Shown: in pieces, positions 1-13,900 of the stretch
How the letters are laid out: the number at the start of each line of letters is the position of its first letter
Numbering within the stretch: position 1 is the first letter of the stretch
Source: Paraspadella gotoi
Taxonomy: Eukaryota; Animalia; Chaetognatha
Direction of reading: 5' to 3'
Length of the DNA stretch: 64,000 bases
Assembly (NCBI GenBank): GCA_051294375.1
Contig: CM119269.1
Span: 21,623,665-21,687,664, forward strand
Position numbers and translations under genes: made by a program
The notes under the pieces: generated by a model
Told to the model about the DNA's origin: nothing
Database searches by the model: none
The model's input: only the letters and a program-made list of their open reading frames with translations

Positions 1-3000
1 TGGAAAGGTTTATTATTTGTTATTTCGCCAATGATTATGTTTGTTATTTGTTTGTCGCATTGCAACAGCCGGGTTGCCTGTATGCCATTGGAATGGGGCA
101 CTCACTGGCGCGGTTACCCAGACAGTCTCTTTGCAAACAAGCTCCGATACGGCAGAAGAAGTCGTTAACTTTGATAGACACAACGCCTGACCCAATGGTA
201 TTGGCTGACGATGGGGATGTGAGGCGGTGTGAATGATACCGCCACATTGCTTCATACCTGATCCAAAAAAACGCTTTCGTGCCATATTGCCACCTCCAAG
301 ACGATATGGCATAATCACGGTAATCGCTACCTCTGATATGGCCATCCGTGGAACCAGAGTTTGCCCAGGTACACCCCCCCATCCTGCTCACCCCGACTCC
401 GCCACGACCGGCGGGCCCCCATTTAGAGTTGAACCGATGGTGCCGTTATAAAGCGAAGGGCGGGAGAGACCCTGGTCCGAATGGACCCAGGGTGGGTCGT
501 TTGGGGAGTTAGGTGGTTTCGCTTCATCAATAATACCTGAAGCTTAAATAAATGAACAACGAAATCGAGTTCGATCCAGAGAAATAAGTAAAGACATGAT
601 TGAAAGAATGCTGACTTGCTGAGTCATAATTTTCTGTCAGCTACCTCTCTTTCTTTCTTTTACTTTCTTCTCTCTATCTCTTCTCCTCTCTCCTTCCCTC
701 TCTCCTCCTCTCTCTCTCCCTCTCTCTCTCTCTTCTCTATTCATATGGCCAAAGGGAAGGCAGACTCGGAGTAATGGGGTGAATGGATATTGGAGTCATA
801 ATAGTAAGTTCGCTCGAGGGCGAACGAAAAAGGAAAATGGATTCTAGTTATTTCTCTCTCTCCTCTCTCCTCTATCTCTCTCTCTCCTTCTCTCTCTCTC
901 TCTCTCTCTCACTCTCATCTCACTCTCTGTGTCTCTCGATGTCCAATGACACTTATACTTAGAAATATTGTTCACATTGCAATTTAAAACTTGGTGAATA
1001 GATTAATATTCTAAACATGAGCCAACAACTTTTTAGCTTAGATCGCTTACCCCTCTCTCTCTCTCTCTCTCTCTCGTCTCTCCTCTTCTTCTCTCTCATC
1101 TCTCTCCTCTTCTCTCTCATCTCTCTTCTCTCATTCCCCCGCGTTGGAGATAAGCACACTCACTCACATCTCTATCACGTGATAAACCGACCCCCCAAAT
1201 TACCAAAATCTCCCTTCACCAAAACCCGCTTCCATTTTTCCACAAAAAAAGTTCCCCACAATCTCCCGCAAGCAATCTCTCCGCCAAGCAAATCTGTCTT
1301 CGACACAGCTCCGCCAAGCAGGCTCCGCAAACCACCTGCCGCATCAGCCGCAGCAACGACAGCAGCAACAGCAAGAAATAAAAACAAGCGACAACAACGA
1401 CAGCACAGCCCACGCCGCCTCGTCGATCAGCGGGCCGGGCCTCGCCGGAATCCCTCGTCGAGGTCGACGGACCGCCAGTTCAAACCGCCCGACGCGACGA
1501 CGACGGCCGTCTTCCCTCGGCGTCAAAGTGACGCCGCCGACTCAACCGCGCCGCGAATTCCACCGACGCACTCTCGTCTCAAATGCCGACGTTTACAAAT
1601 CCGCTTCCAATTTGAGAAAGAGGATCCTTGACTTCAGAGGCCGATGGTACAAGATATCTGTCGTCGTGAAGCCAATGAACGAGAGGTCGAAAGCACGATA
1701 CGATTAGCATGACCTGACGACGGAAGAACGCCGCACTCTAAGCCGTGACGCTCAAACCGCGCCGTGCAAAACACGTCAGCGCCGCCCAAGGCTGACCAGC
1801 AGGGGCAAGGGCCGCGTGTCCCCCATGCGGCCGCTAAGGCTATGGAGGAGGCGGCGGGAAGGAGACGACGACGAATAATTCGACCGCCTACTCCTCCGCC
1901 GACGGACGCCGCCTAGCGCCGCCGCCGCGCCAAGGTACGTCTCCGACCCAAATCGCGAAAGGCACTAGCCGCCGCGGCAGCGAAGAGCCAGGGCGCAGCA
2001 GCAGTAGGCGGCGAGCGGAGGAGAAAACTAAGGACAACGAAGACAGCCGATAGGTCGGCGGAATCGTCGGCCCGCGACATCCACCCGATTTCCTGGCACC
2101 GGCACTGTCTCCTTTCCCTCCGGCGTTTCCGAGAGAGTCTCCTCGATCACCCCAGCTTCTCGGCGCAGGAACTCGATTCGCGGAAGAATCGGTCAAGATT
2201 TTTTCGAATATCGCTAGTTTTGGTCAACGGGAATGTCAAAGGCGGTGAGGCGGCGGCGGAAGCGGTGGGCGACGCCGACAGCACGCCGGGGTCAGCTCCG
2301 GCAGCGTCGAGGGCAACGCGGAAGCGATTCCTCGGCACGGTTTCGGGATCAAGACAATAGACCCACGATCGATATGCAAACCCGAAGCGTAAGTCGCAAA
2401 AGATAAGAAGTTTGAACGATTTGAGTCTCTCGCTCTGACAAATTTTATTCACGGCTTTTCATTACAGCGTGAGTACAGGGTGATAATTTAAAATGAGTCC
2501 GCTGAAAAATGATTGTAGTCCTAATGAATTATAAAAATTTTATTTTTTTGCCTTCATGGAAATCATATTTTTAGCGGCAATTTAAAATTTTATCCTTGTT
2601 TCATATTTAAAATATATAAATAGATTTATATTAAATCATTAAAAAATATTAAAAATTAAATTTATATTTTACCAAACTTTTATATTTTTACTATTACATT
2701 AGTCTTGGATGATTAACGGAGCGAAACATATTGCAGAATATATCTGTAAATTCAATTTGTGGAATTTTGGGCAACCATTTTATCGAGTCGTCAATGTAGG
2801 GCAGGCATGCGTTTCACTAGGATTTCTCGTAGTCTGTCTTTTAGACTCTTAATGTCGTCTACCAACAACATTCGCAAGTTGCTTTCCGTTTAAACGCAAA
2901 GAAAAAGCTGTCGTCGGGCGTTCTGAGTCATTTACATTTTAAGCTAAATTCATAAATATAATATATATATCTAGAACAAAAACTGTTAATAATGGCCAAA

Positions 3001-6000
3001 ACGCAGACACCTAGGTCAAAGCTTTCAAACTACCAAAAAAAAACACAACACTTTTTCCAGTTTTTGGATCATTTAGTGTGAAAACATCAGAAATTGAGAG
3101 TAAGTTTAAACATCAATGTTGTAAGTAGTGAATAATATCAGTCATTGCACAATATTAATTTCGTCGGGGTCTTTGATTAACTAGAATCAACTTCTGAAAA
3201 ATATTAAATTTTAGGAATTTGATTTCCGCTACAATTCTGCTTTGTTACAAAAAATAATTAAAACTTGTTAAAATACACATAAATTCCAGGAAGGTCGAAA
3301 AAAGTCAACCTTATTGACTGAGAATCAATTTCTTCACTTTCAAATGTTTTTTTTCTTATTCACTCTGTCGCTTTCTTAGAATTCTTGGATTGCTCGTCTT
3401 AGATATTCTAGAATGTAGATTGTCGTAATAATCATGTGATTGCTGCTCGAATTGGTGCATTGATTAATGCTCGATCTAGATTTATTGCTTTTGCTTGTTT
3501 TGCTTGTTTGCTGAAATAAAATGATGATGTATATTGTTAAAAAACGTAGAAAGAATGAGGTAAGTTGATTGATTGATCGATTGGAACCCGGTGATTGATC
3601 AATTTGGCACGCTCTGCCACCTCACATTTAACTCATCACGGCTTTATCCTATTCTTCTCTCCGCTTTTTTCCTCTTTTTCTCCCCTTTAATCGCTTTTTT
3701 CTACGCATATCCATAACTTAATGTCTTTTGGTCTAACGCCATACATAATACTAATGTATTTTGGTCTACGCAATACTCTCACAACCGTAATCGTATTACT
3801 ACATTTTCCTCTCTTTTTATGTTTTTCGTGATATTTTTTTAATTCTATCGTGTTGTTGTTGTGGCGCTTCCGTATTTTTTTTCTTTATTTTCCCATAATT
3901 ATTATTACTTTCCGTAACAAAACGGGATGAAAACAATGCGATTCCTTGCTTTTTATTTATAAAATCTCAATAACAAAAAAAACAACTAACTCTCTTCTTT
4001 CGTCTCTTTTTTTTTTCTTATAATTTCATTGCATTCGTAATAAACTTTCCAGATCCTTTTTTTACATGTATTAATAAACGAACAAATCTAATCTTTTCCT
4101 CTTAAGTTCTTAATGCTTCTTATGACGACCGACAAATCCAGACCAATTTGTACCCAGCTCTGACCTTCTTCCATCAACGCCCAACCCTCCATCTCCAACC
4201 AATTTTCTCTTTTCGATTCCCGACATCAAAGATCGAAAGCAGGAGGAGGGAGGAGGAGGAGAGAGGAGAGGAGAAATGAGAAGAAGCGATCGCTTCTCGA
4301 AAACCAATATACGACGACGAACGACGACGACACGAGCCGACGAGACGACGACGATTCGCGTCTCGAAAAATTAAGGAAAATCGAAAAAAAGGCTTCCAAA
4401 AAATTTTCCCCCGGGGGAAAAGAAAAAAAATGGGGGAAAAGTTTCCCCCGGAAAAAGTCTCAAGGAGCGAAAGATCGGAAAAAAACGAGTCAAAGAGAAA
4501 ACATCCGAAAAACGAAGAGAAGAAGAAGCAAGGAGTCGAAGGACGCCAGGAATGAGAGGAGCGAGCAGCGGTGGAGGGGACGCGGCTGCGGCTTCGGCAG
4601 TAGCGAGGAACGCGGCTCTGCCGTTGCGAAAGCGCGCGTCCCGGCGCTCCGTAACAGCGCTGCGCGGGGAAGAAAAATGAGAAACCAGACGGAAGCGAAT
4701 CAATGATCGAATCTTCTTTCAAAAATCGTCGCAGCTTTCGATCCTTTTTCTGTCCAGAGGATCCAAGTCGAATCTAAGCGTCGACCGATCGAGAATTTGA
4801 GCGCCGATCTAAACGAGGTCCACGCCACCCGCGCCGATCCGGCCCATGTTGGCTTCCGTTGCTCGATGGGTCATGGATTCTTCACGAATCTCCAACGAAT
4901 TTTCCTCTTCGACACGATCACGTCGTCTTCACGGTGAGCGACGAACTCACCCGAACGAAAAGATAGCGGCGCCGAAATCGCGTGATCGATGACGCCGCCG
5001 CTTCATCGGACGTCAACGCCACTTTCGATCTTTGCCGAGCGGTCTACTTCCGACTCAACTCTCTCCTCCGACAAAAACTAACAAGATACACGACGCACGA
5101 CGACGACGACGACCGACAGAGATGATGATTAGATACTTTTGTCATCATCGACTACACGGTGTCGATGAAAGACGAATCAAAATCACTTCCGGTGACGCCG
5201 ACTCCTTTGGATGGCAATCCCAGACGCCGAAAACCTATAAAGCCCAACGAAATCCGAGGATTTATCCGGAATCAGTTGCCGGAAAAACCGGCGCTTTTGC
5301 GAAACCGAATTGCCGTTTCGGAAGTGAGGTGAAGACGTCTTCCGGGGAACTCTGCGGCCGGATCCATCGGACCTCAGTCTCAATCGCGCTTCGCCACTTA
5401 CGACGACCTGCTTCGATAGATCGACCGACTTCCTCGCGGCGGCGGCGGCGGCAGCGGCAGCGGCGACACCAGCCAAGCACCGCGTCACCTTCGGCTCCGT
5501 CTCTCAAAAAGTCTCCTTCCGCGCTTCGCCGCCGCCGCTGCCCGCCGCTGCTGGGCGGCTTCGTCTCCATCCGAACTGGCCGAGCCGTTCCTTCGCGATC
5601 TCCCGCGATGGATCCGTCGAGCTCGTTTGTTCCACGCCTCGTCGAAGGGGGAAGACGGCGCAGCCGAAAGAGGGGATGTGGACAAGATGTTGCGGCGTTC
5701 GTGATGCGGAGAGCCGGCGTCGATTGTCGGCGATGAAGGAGGAAGAGGAGGAAGGGCGAGAAGTGGAGGGGTTGTCGGGGAGAGGAAGAGGAAGGGGGTG
5801 AGGAGTGAAGGAAATGTCGGGCGGAGAGACGAGACCCGTCCAAACTAATAGAACTGACAATCGATTTTGATAAACTGAAAAAGGATGGCGCTTGGACGAA
5901 AGAAACTCCCCAACTCTCCGCCCGACAAATCCCGTCAAGATGCAAGACATCTTCCCTCCGCAAGGACAAAACACCTCCAACAGTCGTCGACGACTCTCGA

Positions 6001-8687
6001 TCCAAACGACTCCAACATCTTCGTCGCCGATTCCTCTCGATGCTCATCGATCAACAAACGCCTTCCCTCGATTTACGATTTCGGAGAAAAAGCCAACAAG
6101 AAAAGAAGAAAGAGAGAAAAGAAGAAGCCTTGGCGACGAAGCGTTGGACCCTTCCGATCCACCCTTTAACGCGGAACGAAACGCCGTCTCCTCCCTCCAC
6201 CGTCTCCCCCCTCACCTGACAAATCTCTTGCTTCGTCCTCTCTCTCTCCCAAACTTTTCTCTTCCTGCGAAAACCACAAGAGAAATGGATTTTTCTCCTC
6301 CCAACCCGTGCTCCCTTCTTCTCCGAAAACGTCTCGTCACTACTGTCTCTATCAAGGCGTCGCCGAATCTCGCCAAAGCTCTCTAAGCCGGCTCTGTCCT
6401 CTGCTTCCTCTTACTATTTCCGTGCTCGAGCTCGTTCTTTCTCATCGGTTTCCAATTTTGCCTTTCTCATCCCTTCATTCTATTTCACATCTCCCTCATC
6501 TTTTTCTTTTCCTCCACATCATTTCTCTTTTTCATCCACCATCTTCCTTTCTCAATCTTTCATCTGCTCTACCCTGTATCGTCGCGCGTTCCTCACTCGT
6601 GTACTACACCCGACCCTCACCCAAATCACCCACCTCCTTTCCTACTCACACCGCCCACGTGTCCCCCGCGTGTTTTCTCCTCATCCGCTTTCCTCTTTCC
6701 TCCTTCTCCTCCTCCTTCCTCCATCTCTTCTCTCCTCCCCAACTTCTCCCTCCCAGCCTCGTTTGGCCAGCATCCGCTGCTCACATCAACGGAGATCGAC
6801 TCGTTGTCAGGAACCCGCACAATTCGACCCATCTACGCCGGCACAGGTTTTTTTTTAATAGTTGTTAAATTTGGTATCATTAACTATTGTTAGTTGTTTT
6901 TTTTTAGTTTCTTAAGTATTTTATCGCTTTTAGTTTAGAAATTTATATCTTCGTTTGTTTTTTTGTATTTTGTTTCTTTTTAATTTTTTTCTTTGTGTTT
7001 TTTTTTTTGTTAATTTTTTTTTAACTTTGTTGTAGATTTTTATGTTTTAACTTTATTCTTTCTTTTTATCTATTTTTTCCATTTTTGGTTATTTTGTGTT
7101 CTTTGTTCTTTTTGGTTAAATTTTCATTTTTCAGGATTAGGATATTAATATAATGTTAGATAATGAAATATTAATTCAACTTTTTTCTTGTTCTTTCATT
7201 CTTCTATTTTAAGTAAATCATAGGTTTACCATTTCAATATTTCATTTAAACCTATTTCTTATCAAATCCACCTCTCTATCGTAACGAGGTTAACGGGTGC
7301 GACAAACGTCAAACCTGCATTTTTTCGGTTAAAATTGAAAACCGAAGATTTGAAGAAGAAAGTTGACGATATGAAAGACATTCACGTGGCTTATAGTGAA
7401 GAAGTATCGCATAAGACCGATTCAAATCAGGCGCAGAGATATGATGACCGCCGTACAGAATACCAGTAGAGGTATACAACATACCCATAAATACGGTTTC
7501 TCTATTACTATTAAGATAGTTTGACTGAGTCTTGAATAAAAATCCATTCAAAACTGATTAGACCTGTTTTAACTAAAATTCTCGAGGCTGAATGTATTGA
7601 ATTTTAATAAAAATTTAAGGTTGACAGAAATTTCTTTTTACTTACTTTTAGCTTTTTTTTCACCTACAGTTTTGCTTAATGTTTTACTCAGAATATAGTA
7701 TAAAACACTTTAAAGTTCTCCTCACTAATTTTTTGACAATATGACATTTTACGCAATCATTGTAACCCTCATTCAGACATCAGGCAAAGCGCGAAGGTGA
7801 TCAACTCTTGAAGATCTTCAAGCGCGATGCATCTCACTGGCGGCTCCAACGACTTCAATTCCCAAGTTCCATCGTCGCCTTCACAACGACATGAACCAAA
7901 GGTCTTCAAGAGCTCGTCAGAAGTGTCATTAATTTTTTAAGTTATTGAGTTAAGTGTTAACTAGTTAAGTGTTCATCCCTTACAAGATCATAACAATAGT
8001 AAAAGATGAACCCTCACTCTCGTCCGTTTATTAACGTACAGAGACATTGCTTTCTATCAATGTATCAATTTGTTAAATATGTTTTAAAGAGTGTTTTAAT
8101 TGTATGAAAAGGGCCACTCCTAGCGGTTAACATTGGTTAAGAACATTTTTTAAAACTTTTTCCATGCTTACAAGAAAGATTGGAGATAAAAATTAATTAT
8201 ATTTGCTCTCGATAAAAAAAAATAATTTTCCAGTCAATATAGGTTTCTTTACTTTTATTATGAGAAGTTCTTAAAATAGACGCAGCATCCTTTCAATTAA
8301 GGACACTTCAGATCTCGATCATTTTAAACATGTTTATTTTCCCCATCGCATTCCAAAGCTTTTTTTCCTTCAATTCTTCTTTTCTCCTTTTGTTTCGCGT
8401 CGTTCGACCGCGAAATCCTTTTGTCCTATTATTCATTGTCAACTCGCTTTCCCTTTTGTCATTTTCTGAGGGGGACAGGAGGGGACCAAGCGCAAAATTG
8501 TTGGCATAATACTGGTTTGTCTTTTGCTTGTTTAGAAGATAAATTTTCTATTATGCAGTTTAATTATGGCCGCTATTCGTTTTTTTAAACACGTTTGTTG
8601 CTACGAATATCAATTATCAATGATTTAATAAATTGTACCAAAAGCACATGGGACAAATAAAAGAAAACAGTCAATACAAACCTTGTA
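1..8687 (+). repeat. Copy A of the repeated locus (noisy, frameshifted rendering of the gene region)
   Basis: The ORF track repeats exactly at offset 11611 (e.g. 13..345 = 11624..11956; 7309..7551 = 18920..19162). Homology ends at 'tcaatacaaaccttgta' (8687 / 20298). Confidence 0.95.
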
Positions 8688-9000
8688 CCCCCCCCCCAGT
8701 CAGTCGCGCCATTCCAGAGTATAATTCCATCTCACAATTTATTTTTTTATCTGCAAACGCCCTTTCTATCTCATTATTCTTTCTTTTTCTTTCTTTCTTT
8801 CTTTCTTTTTTTCTTTCTTTCTTTCTTTTTTTCTTTCTTTCTTTCTCTTTTTATTTCTTGGTGTTTCTCTATTTTATTTCTTCCTCATACTTTTTTTATT
8901 TCTCCGCCGGTTGGCGCTTGGTGAAGTCGAACAGAACTTAGAATGAAAACGGAAGTGAGATAGAGTGAGAGAGAGATAGAGAGACAGAGAGAGAGAGAGA

Positions 9001-9043
<43 letters not shown>

Positions 9044-10134
9044 AGTTGGGGCGAATGTTTGGTTTGTCATTTCCTATTTTTTGCCATTATCTCAGTTCCA
9101 TTGTGATTTGCTCAACACCATTGTGGTTTTAATACTGTGTCTGACTGTGGCTCTTTCTCTCTGTCTTTCTGTCTATCTGTCTCTCTCTCTTTCTCTCTCT
9201 CTCTCCCCCTCTCTCTCCCCCTATTACCAACTCAATCTATCATCATCTTTATCTTCTCCGCAAGTGGGAAGGGTGAGAGAGAAAGAAAGAAAGGAATAGA
9301 CTCGTGGAGAAATAAGATCCACGGACTCGCGCTGAGAGGTGAGTCTGAAAGGCCGCCCTCTACTCCGGTTATGAAAGGCAATTGTTAAAAGAAAATGCCA
9401 CTGGGCAACAAGGAAAAGGATGATTGCCTATGTGTGTNNNNNNNNNNNNNNNNNNNNNNNNNGTGTGTGTCCTTCTGTCTCTGTCTTCTCTCTCTCTTCT
9501 CTCTTTGAGACTTTTGTATTTTTCTCAGTCTCTTTTATCCCCACTGGTGTCTTCTCTCTCTTTGAATGTATGAATGTGCGATTGACCTAGATTCCTCTCT
9601 CTCTCGATCCTCTCTCATCCTTCTCTCTCTCTCATCTCTCTCTCCTCTCTCATTCTCTCTCATCTTCTCTCTCTCTGCTCCGCAGCATCACTCAATTCAG
9701 AAACTCCATTTTATGGCGCGATAACGAAGATTCGCGAGCAGCTGTCCTCGTTGTGCGTGGAATTCTTGCGCAGGTGCGTAAAATTGTATTTGCGAAAAAA
9801 AAAGGGAAAAAAAGACGACGTAAAAATCTTTGAGCTTTTCTTTTCCTCCAAAGGGTTAAATGTTGAGGCCAACATTCAGACTTTTTTTCTCTCGCTCTCT
9901 TCTCTTCTCTCCTCTCCTCCTCTCTTCTCTCTCTCTCTCTCTCCTCTCTCTCTTCTCCTCCTTCTCTCTGCTCCTCCTCTCTCTCTCTCTGCTCGTCCTC
10001 TGAATTGAAAAAGAGAGGGATGAGAGAGAGATGAAAGAGAAAGAGAGAGGGAGAGGGAGCGAGAGAGAGAGAGGGAGAGAGAGAGAGAGAGAGAGAAGAG
10101 TGAGAGAGAGAGAGAGAGTGAGAGGAAGAGAGAG

Positions 10135-10734
10135 AGAGATAAACAAAAAGCTGATCGCCTTAGAAAACATCGCTCAAAAAAAACGTGGATTGTGTCTACT
10201 GTGTACTATGGAAGAGAAGGGATTTTGATACGGATGAAGCTGTGGGGAATGAATTATTGGGCGTTTGTGGGCAATAGGGTGCATGGCGTGGGCAATGGGG
10301 TAGGCGTGGTCGGGAAGAAGAACCGAAAAAATATAAGATAAAACTTGTGGAAGAAAACAGTGGGAAAAAAAAATAAAAAGAAAGTGTATGGTAGGAGAGG
10401 GAAATTACAGAGATGATCGAATGGTGAAAGATAGAGATGAAGAAAGAGAGATGGGACAAGGGTGCTAGGATAAAGACAATATATCAAGGAAGGGACTAGG
10501 AGATAAGGGGAAAATTGAAAACGAGAAAGATAGAAAAATAAATTGACTTAAGGTGCTATGAAAGAAAGACAGAGAGTGTGAGAAAAAGAAAATGAAATTG
10601 AGAAAATAAAATTAAAAAAAAAATAAAAGAAAGGGGAAAAGGTGTAGATATAAGAAGACAGTCGCATTAGAGAGGAAGAAAGAGAAACGAGTGGAGAGAG
10701 AGAGGAAAAGAAGAGAGAGAGAGAGAGAGAAGAG

Positions 10735-10773
<39 letters not shown>

Positions 10774-10883
10774 TGAAGGTGAGAGTAGAGAGAAAAGACG
10801 GGAAAAAGAGGAAGGGGAAAATTGAAGGGAAGTCAGCGCAGCGGTAAAAGGAAACGTTCCGTAAAGCTGAGTGAAATTCGCGG

Positions 10884-10936
<53 letters not shown>

Positions 10937-13900
10937 CGAGAGAGAGAGAGGAGAGAGGAGAAGAGAGAGAGTAGACAGAATGTCCGCGATCAAGAGCTTT
11001 TGATTTTGAATAAGGGAGGAGCGAAACAAATTTTCGGGCACCAAGCTACAAATGGAATATCGAGTGCTTGTATTTTAGATCTTTTTTTTCTCTAATGCTT
11101 GTTTCAAGCTTGGTACGTGGGTTGGTATTGGTGTTTGCGATACAGACGTTTAACCCAGTCCTGTTCAAACGCAGGATTTCTTTGAAAATATATCGACGCG
11201 TCTTCCAGAATTGTACATGTTGATTTGGTTTCCTTAAAAGGTTCCAAACCATCGTATCCGCAGCTCTCTGCTGGTCTATTGCAAGTTCGTTCACCGGCCA
11301 ATTGCTGGCGTTCTTGCAGTTCCGGCAAGCTCATCGACTTTCCGTATCGGCCGCTCCCGATTCGTAATATTTCTCCTGGATTCCGGCGCCGGATTCCGGA
11401 ACCAAATTCGCCCTCGGTTTTACAAAAAAAATGACGCCATCCGTTTTTCTCTGCTCGCACACCGGTTCCCCGTTTCGCCTTCGTGTGCAAGAGGACTATC
11501 CGCCCTGCATACTTAGACGGTGACGTCGAATGTAGTTGCGATGATTGAGTTCATTAATATCCTTTGCATATTGTCGTTTTTGATTAAACAGTCTTGAGAA
11601 ATTTCAAATGTTGGAAAGGTTTATTATTTGTTATTTCGCCAATGATTATGTTTGTTATTTGTTTGTCGCATTGCAACAGCCGGGTTGCCTGTATGCCATT
11701 GGAATGGGGCACTCACTGGCGCGGTTACCCAGACAGTCTCTTTGCAAACAAGCTCCGATACGGCAGAAGAAGTCGTTAACTTTGATAGACACAACGCCTG
11801 ACCCAATGGTATTGGCTGACGATGGGGATGTGAGGCGGTGTGAATGATACCGCCACATTGCTTCATACCTGATCCAAAAAAACGCTTTCGTGCCATATTG
11901 CCACCTCCAAGACGATATGGCATAATCACGGTAATCGCTACCTCTGATATGGCCATCCGTGGAACCAGAGTTTGCCCAGGTACACCCCCCCATCCTGCTC
12001 ACCCCGACTCCGCCACGACCGGCGGGCCCCCATTTAGAGTTGAACCGATGGTGCCGTTATAAAGCGAAGGGCGGGAGAGACCCTGGTCCGAATGGACCCA
12101 GGGTGGGTCGTTTGGGGAGTTAGGTGGTTTCGCTTCATCAATAATACCTGAAGCTTAAATAAATGAACAACGAAATCGAGTTCGATCCAGAGAAATAAGT
12201 AAAGACATGATTGAAAGAATGCTGACTTGCTGAGTCATAATTTTCTGTCAGCTACCTCTCTTTCTTTCTTTTACTTTCTTCTCTCTATCTCTTCTCCTCT
12301 CTCCTTCCCTCTCTCCTCCTCTCTCTCTCCCTCTCTCTCTCTCTTCTCTATTCATATGGCCAAAGGGAAGGCAGACTCGGAGTAATGGGGTGAATGGATA
12401 TTGGAGTCATAATAGTAAGTTCGCTCGAGGGCGAACGAAAAAGGAAAATGGATTCTAGTTATTTCTCTCTCTCCTCTCTCCTCTATCTCTCTCTCTCCTT
12501 CTCTCTCTCTCTCTCTCTCTCACTCTCATCTCACTCTCTGTGTCTCTCGATGTCCAATGACACTTATACTTAGAAATATTGTTCACATTGCAATTTAAAA
12601 CTTGGTGAATAGATTAATATTCTAAACATGAGCCAACAACTTTTTAGCTTAGATCGCTTACCCCTCTCTCTCTCTCTCTCTCTCTCGTCTCTCCTCTTCT
12701 TCTCTCTCATCTCTCTCCTCTTCTCTCTCATCTCTCTTCTCTCATTCCCCCGCGTTGGAGATAAGCACACTCACTCACATCTCTATCACGTGATAAACCG
12801 ACCCCCCAAATTACCAAAATCTCCCTTCACCAAAACCCGCTTCCATTTTTCCACAAAAAAAGTTCCCCACAATCTCCCGCAAGCAATCTCTCCGCCAAGC
12901 AAATCTGTCTTCGACACAGCTCCGCCAAGCAGGCTCCGCAAACCACCTGCCGCATCAGCCGCAGCAACGACAGCAGCAACAGCAAGAAATAAAAACAAGC
13001 GACAACAACGACAGCACAGCCCACGCCGCCTCGTCGATCAGCGGGCCGGGCCTCGCCGGAATCCCTCGTCGAGGTCGACGGACCGCCAGTTCAAACCGCC
13101 CGACGCGACGACGACGGCCGTCTTCCCTCGGCGTCAAAGTGACGCCGCCGACTCAACCGCGCCGCGAATTCCACCGACGCACTCTCGTCTCAAATGCCGA
13201 CGTTTACAAATCCGCTTCCAATTTGAGAAAGAGGATCCTTGACTTCAGAGGCCGATGGTACAAGATATCTGTCGTCGTGAAGCCAATGAACGAGAGGTCG
13301 AAAGCACGATACGATTAGCATGACCTGACGACGGAAGAACGCCGCACTCTAAGCCGTGACGCTCAAACCGCGCCGTGCAAAACACGTCAGCGCCGCCCAA
13401 GGCTGACCAGCAGGGGCAAGGGCCGCGTGTCCCCCATGCGGCCGCTAAGGCTATGGAGGAGGCGGCGGGAAGGAGACGACGACGAATAATTCGACCGCCT
13501 ACTCCTCCGCCGACGGACGCCGCCTAGCGCCGCCGCCGCGCCAAGGTACGTCTCCGACCCAAATCGCGAAAGGCACTAGCCGCCGCGGCAGCGAAGAGCC
13601 AGGGCGCAGCAGCAGTAGGCGGCGAGCGGAGGAGAAAACTAAGGACAACGAAGACAGCCGATAGGTCGGCGGAATCGTCGGCCCGCGACATCCACCCGAT
13701 TTCCTGGCACCGGCACTGTCTCCTTTCCCTCCGGCGTTTCCGAGAGAGTCTCCTCGATCACCCCAGCTTCTCGGCGCAGGAACTCGATTCGCGGAAGAAT
13801 CGGTCAAGATTTTTTCGAATATCGCTAGTTTTGGTCAACGGGAATGTCAAAGGCGGTGAGGCGGCGGCGGAAGCGGTGGGCGACGCCGACAGCACGCCGG

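Noticed and set aside
1017-6868. Frameshifted ORF fragments in copies A, B and C as pseudogenes or programmed frameshifts
   Set aside because: The indel-dominated differences are identical in A and B, which fits long-read error better than evolution.
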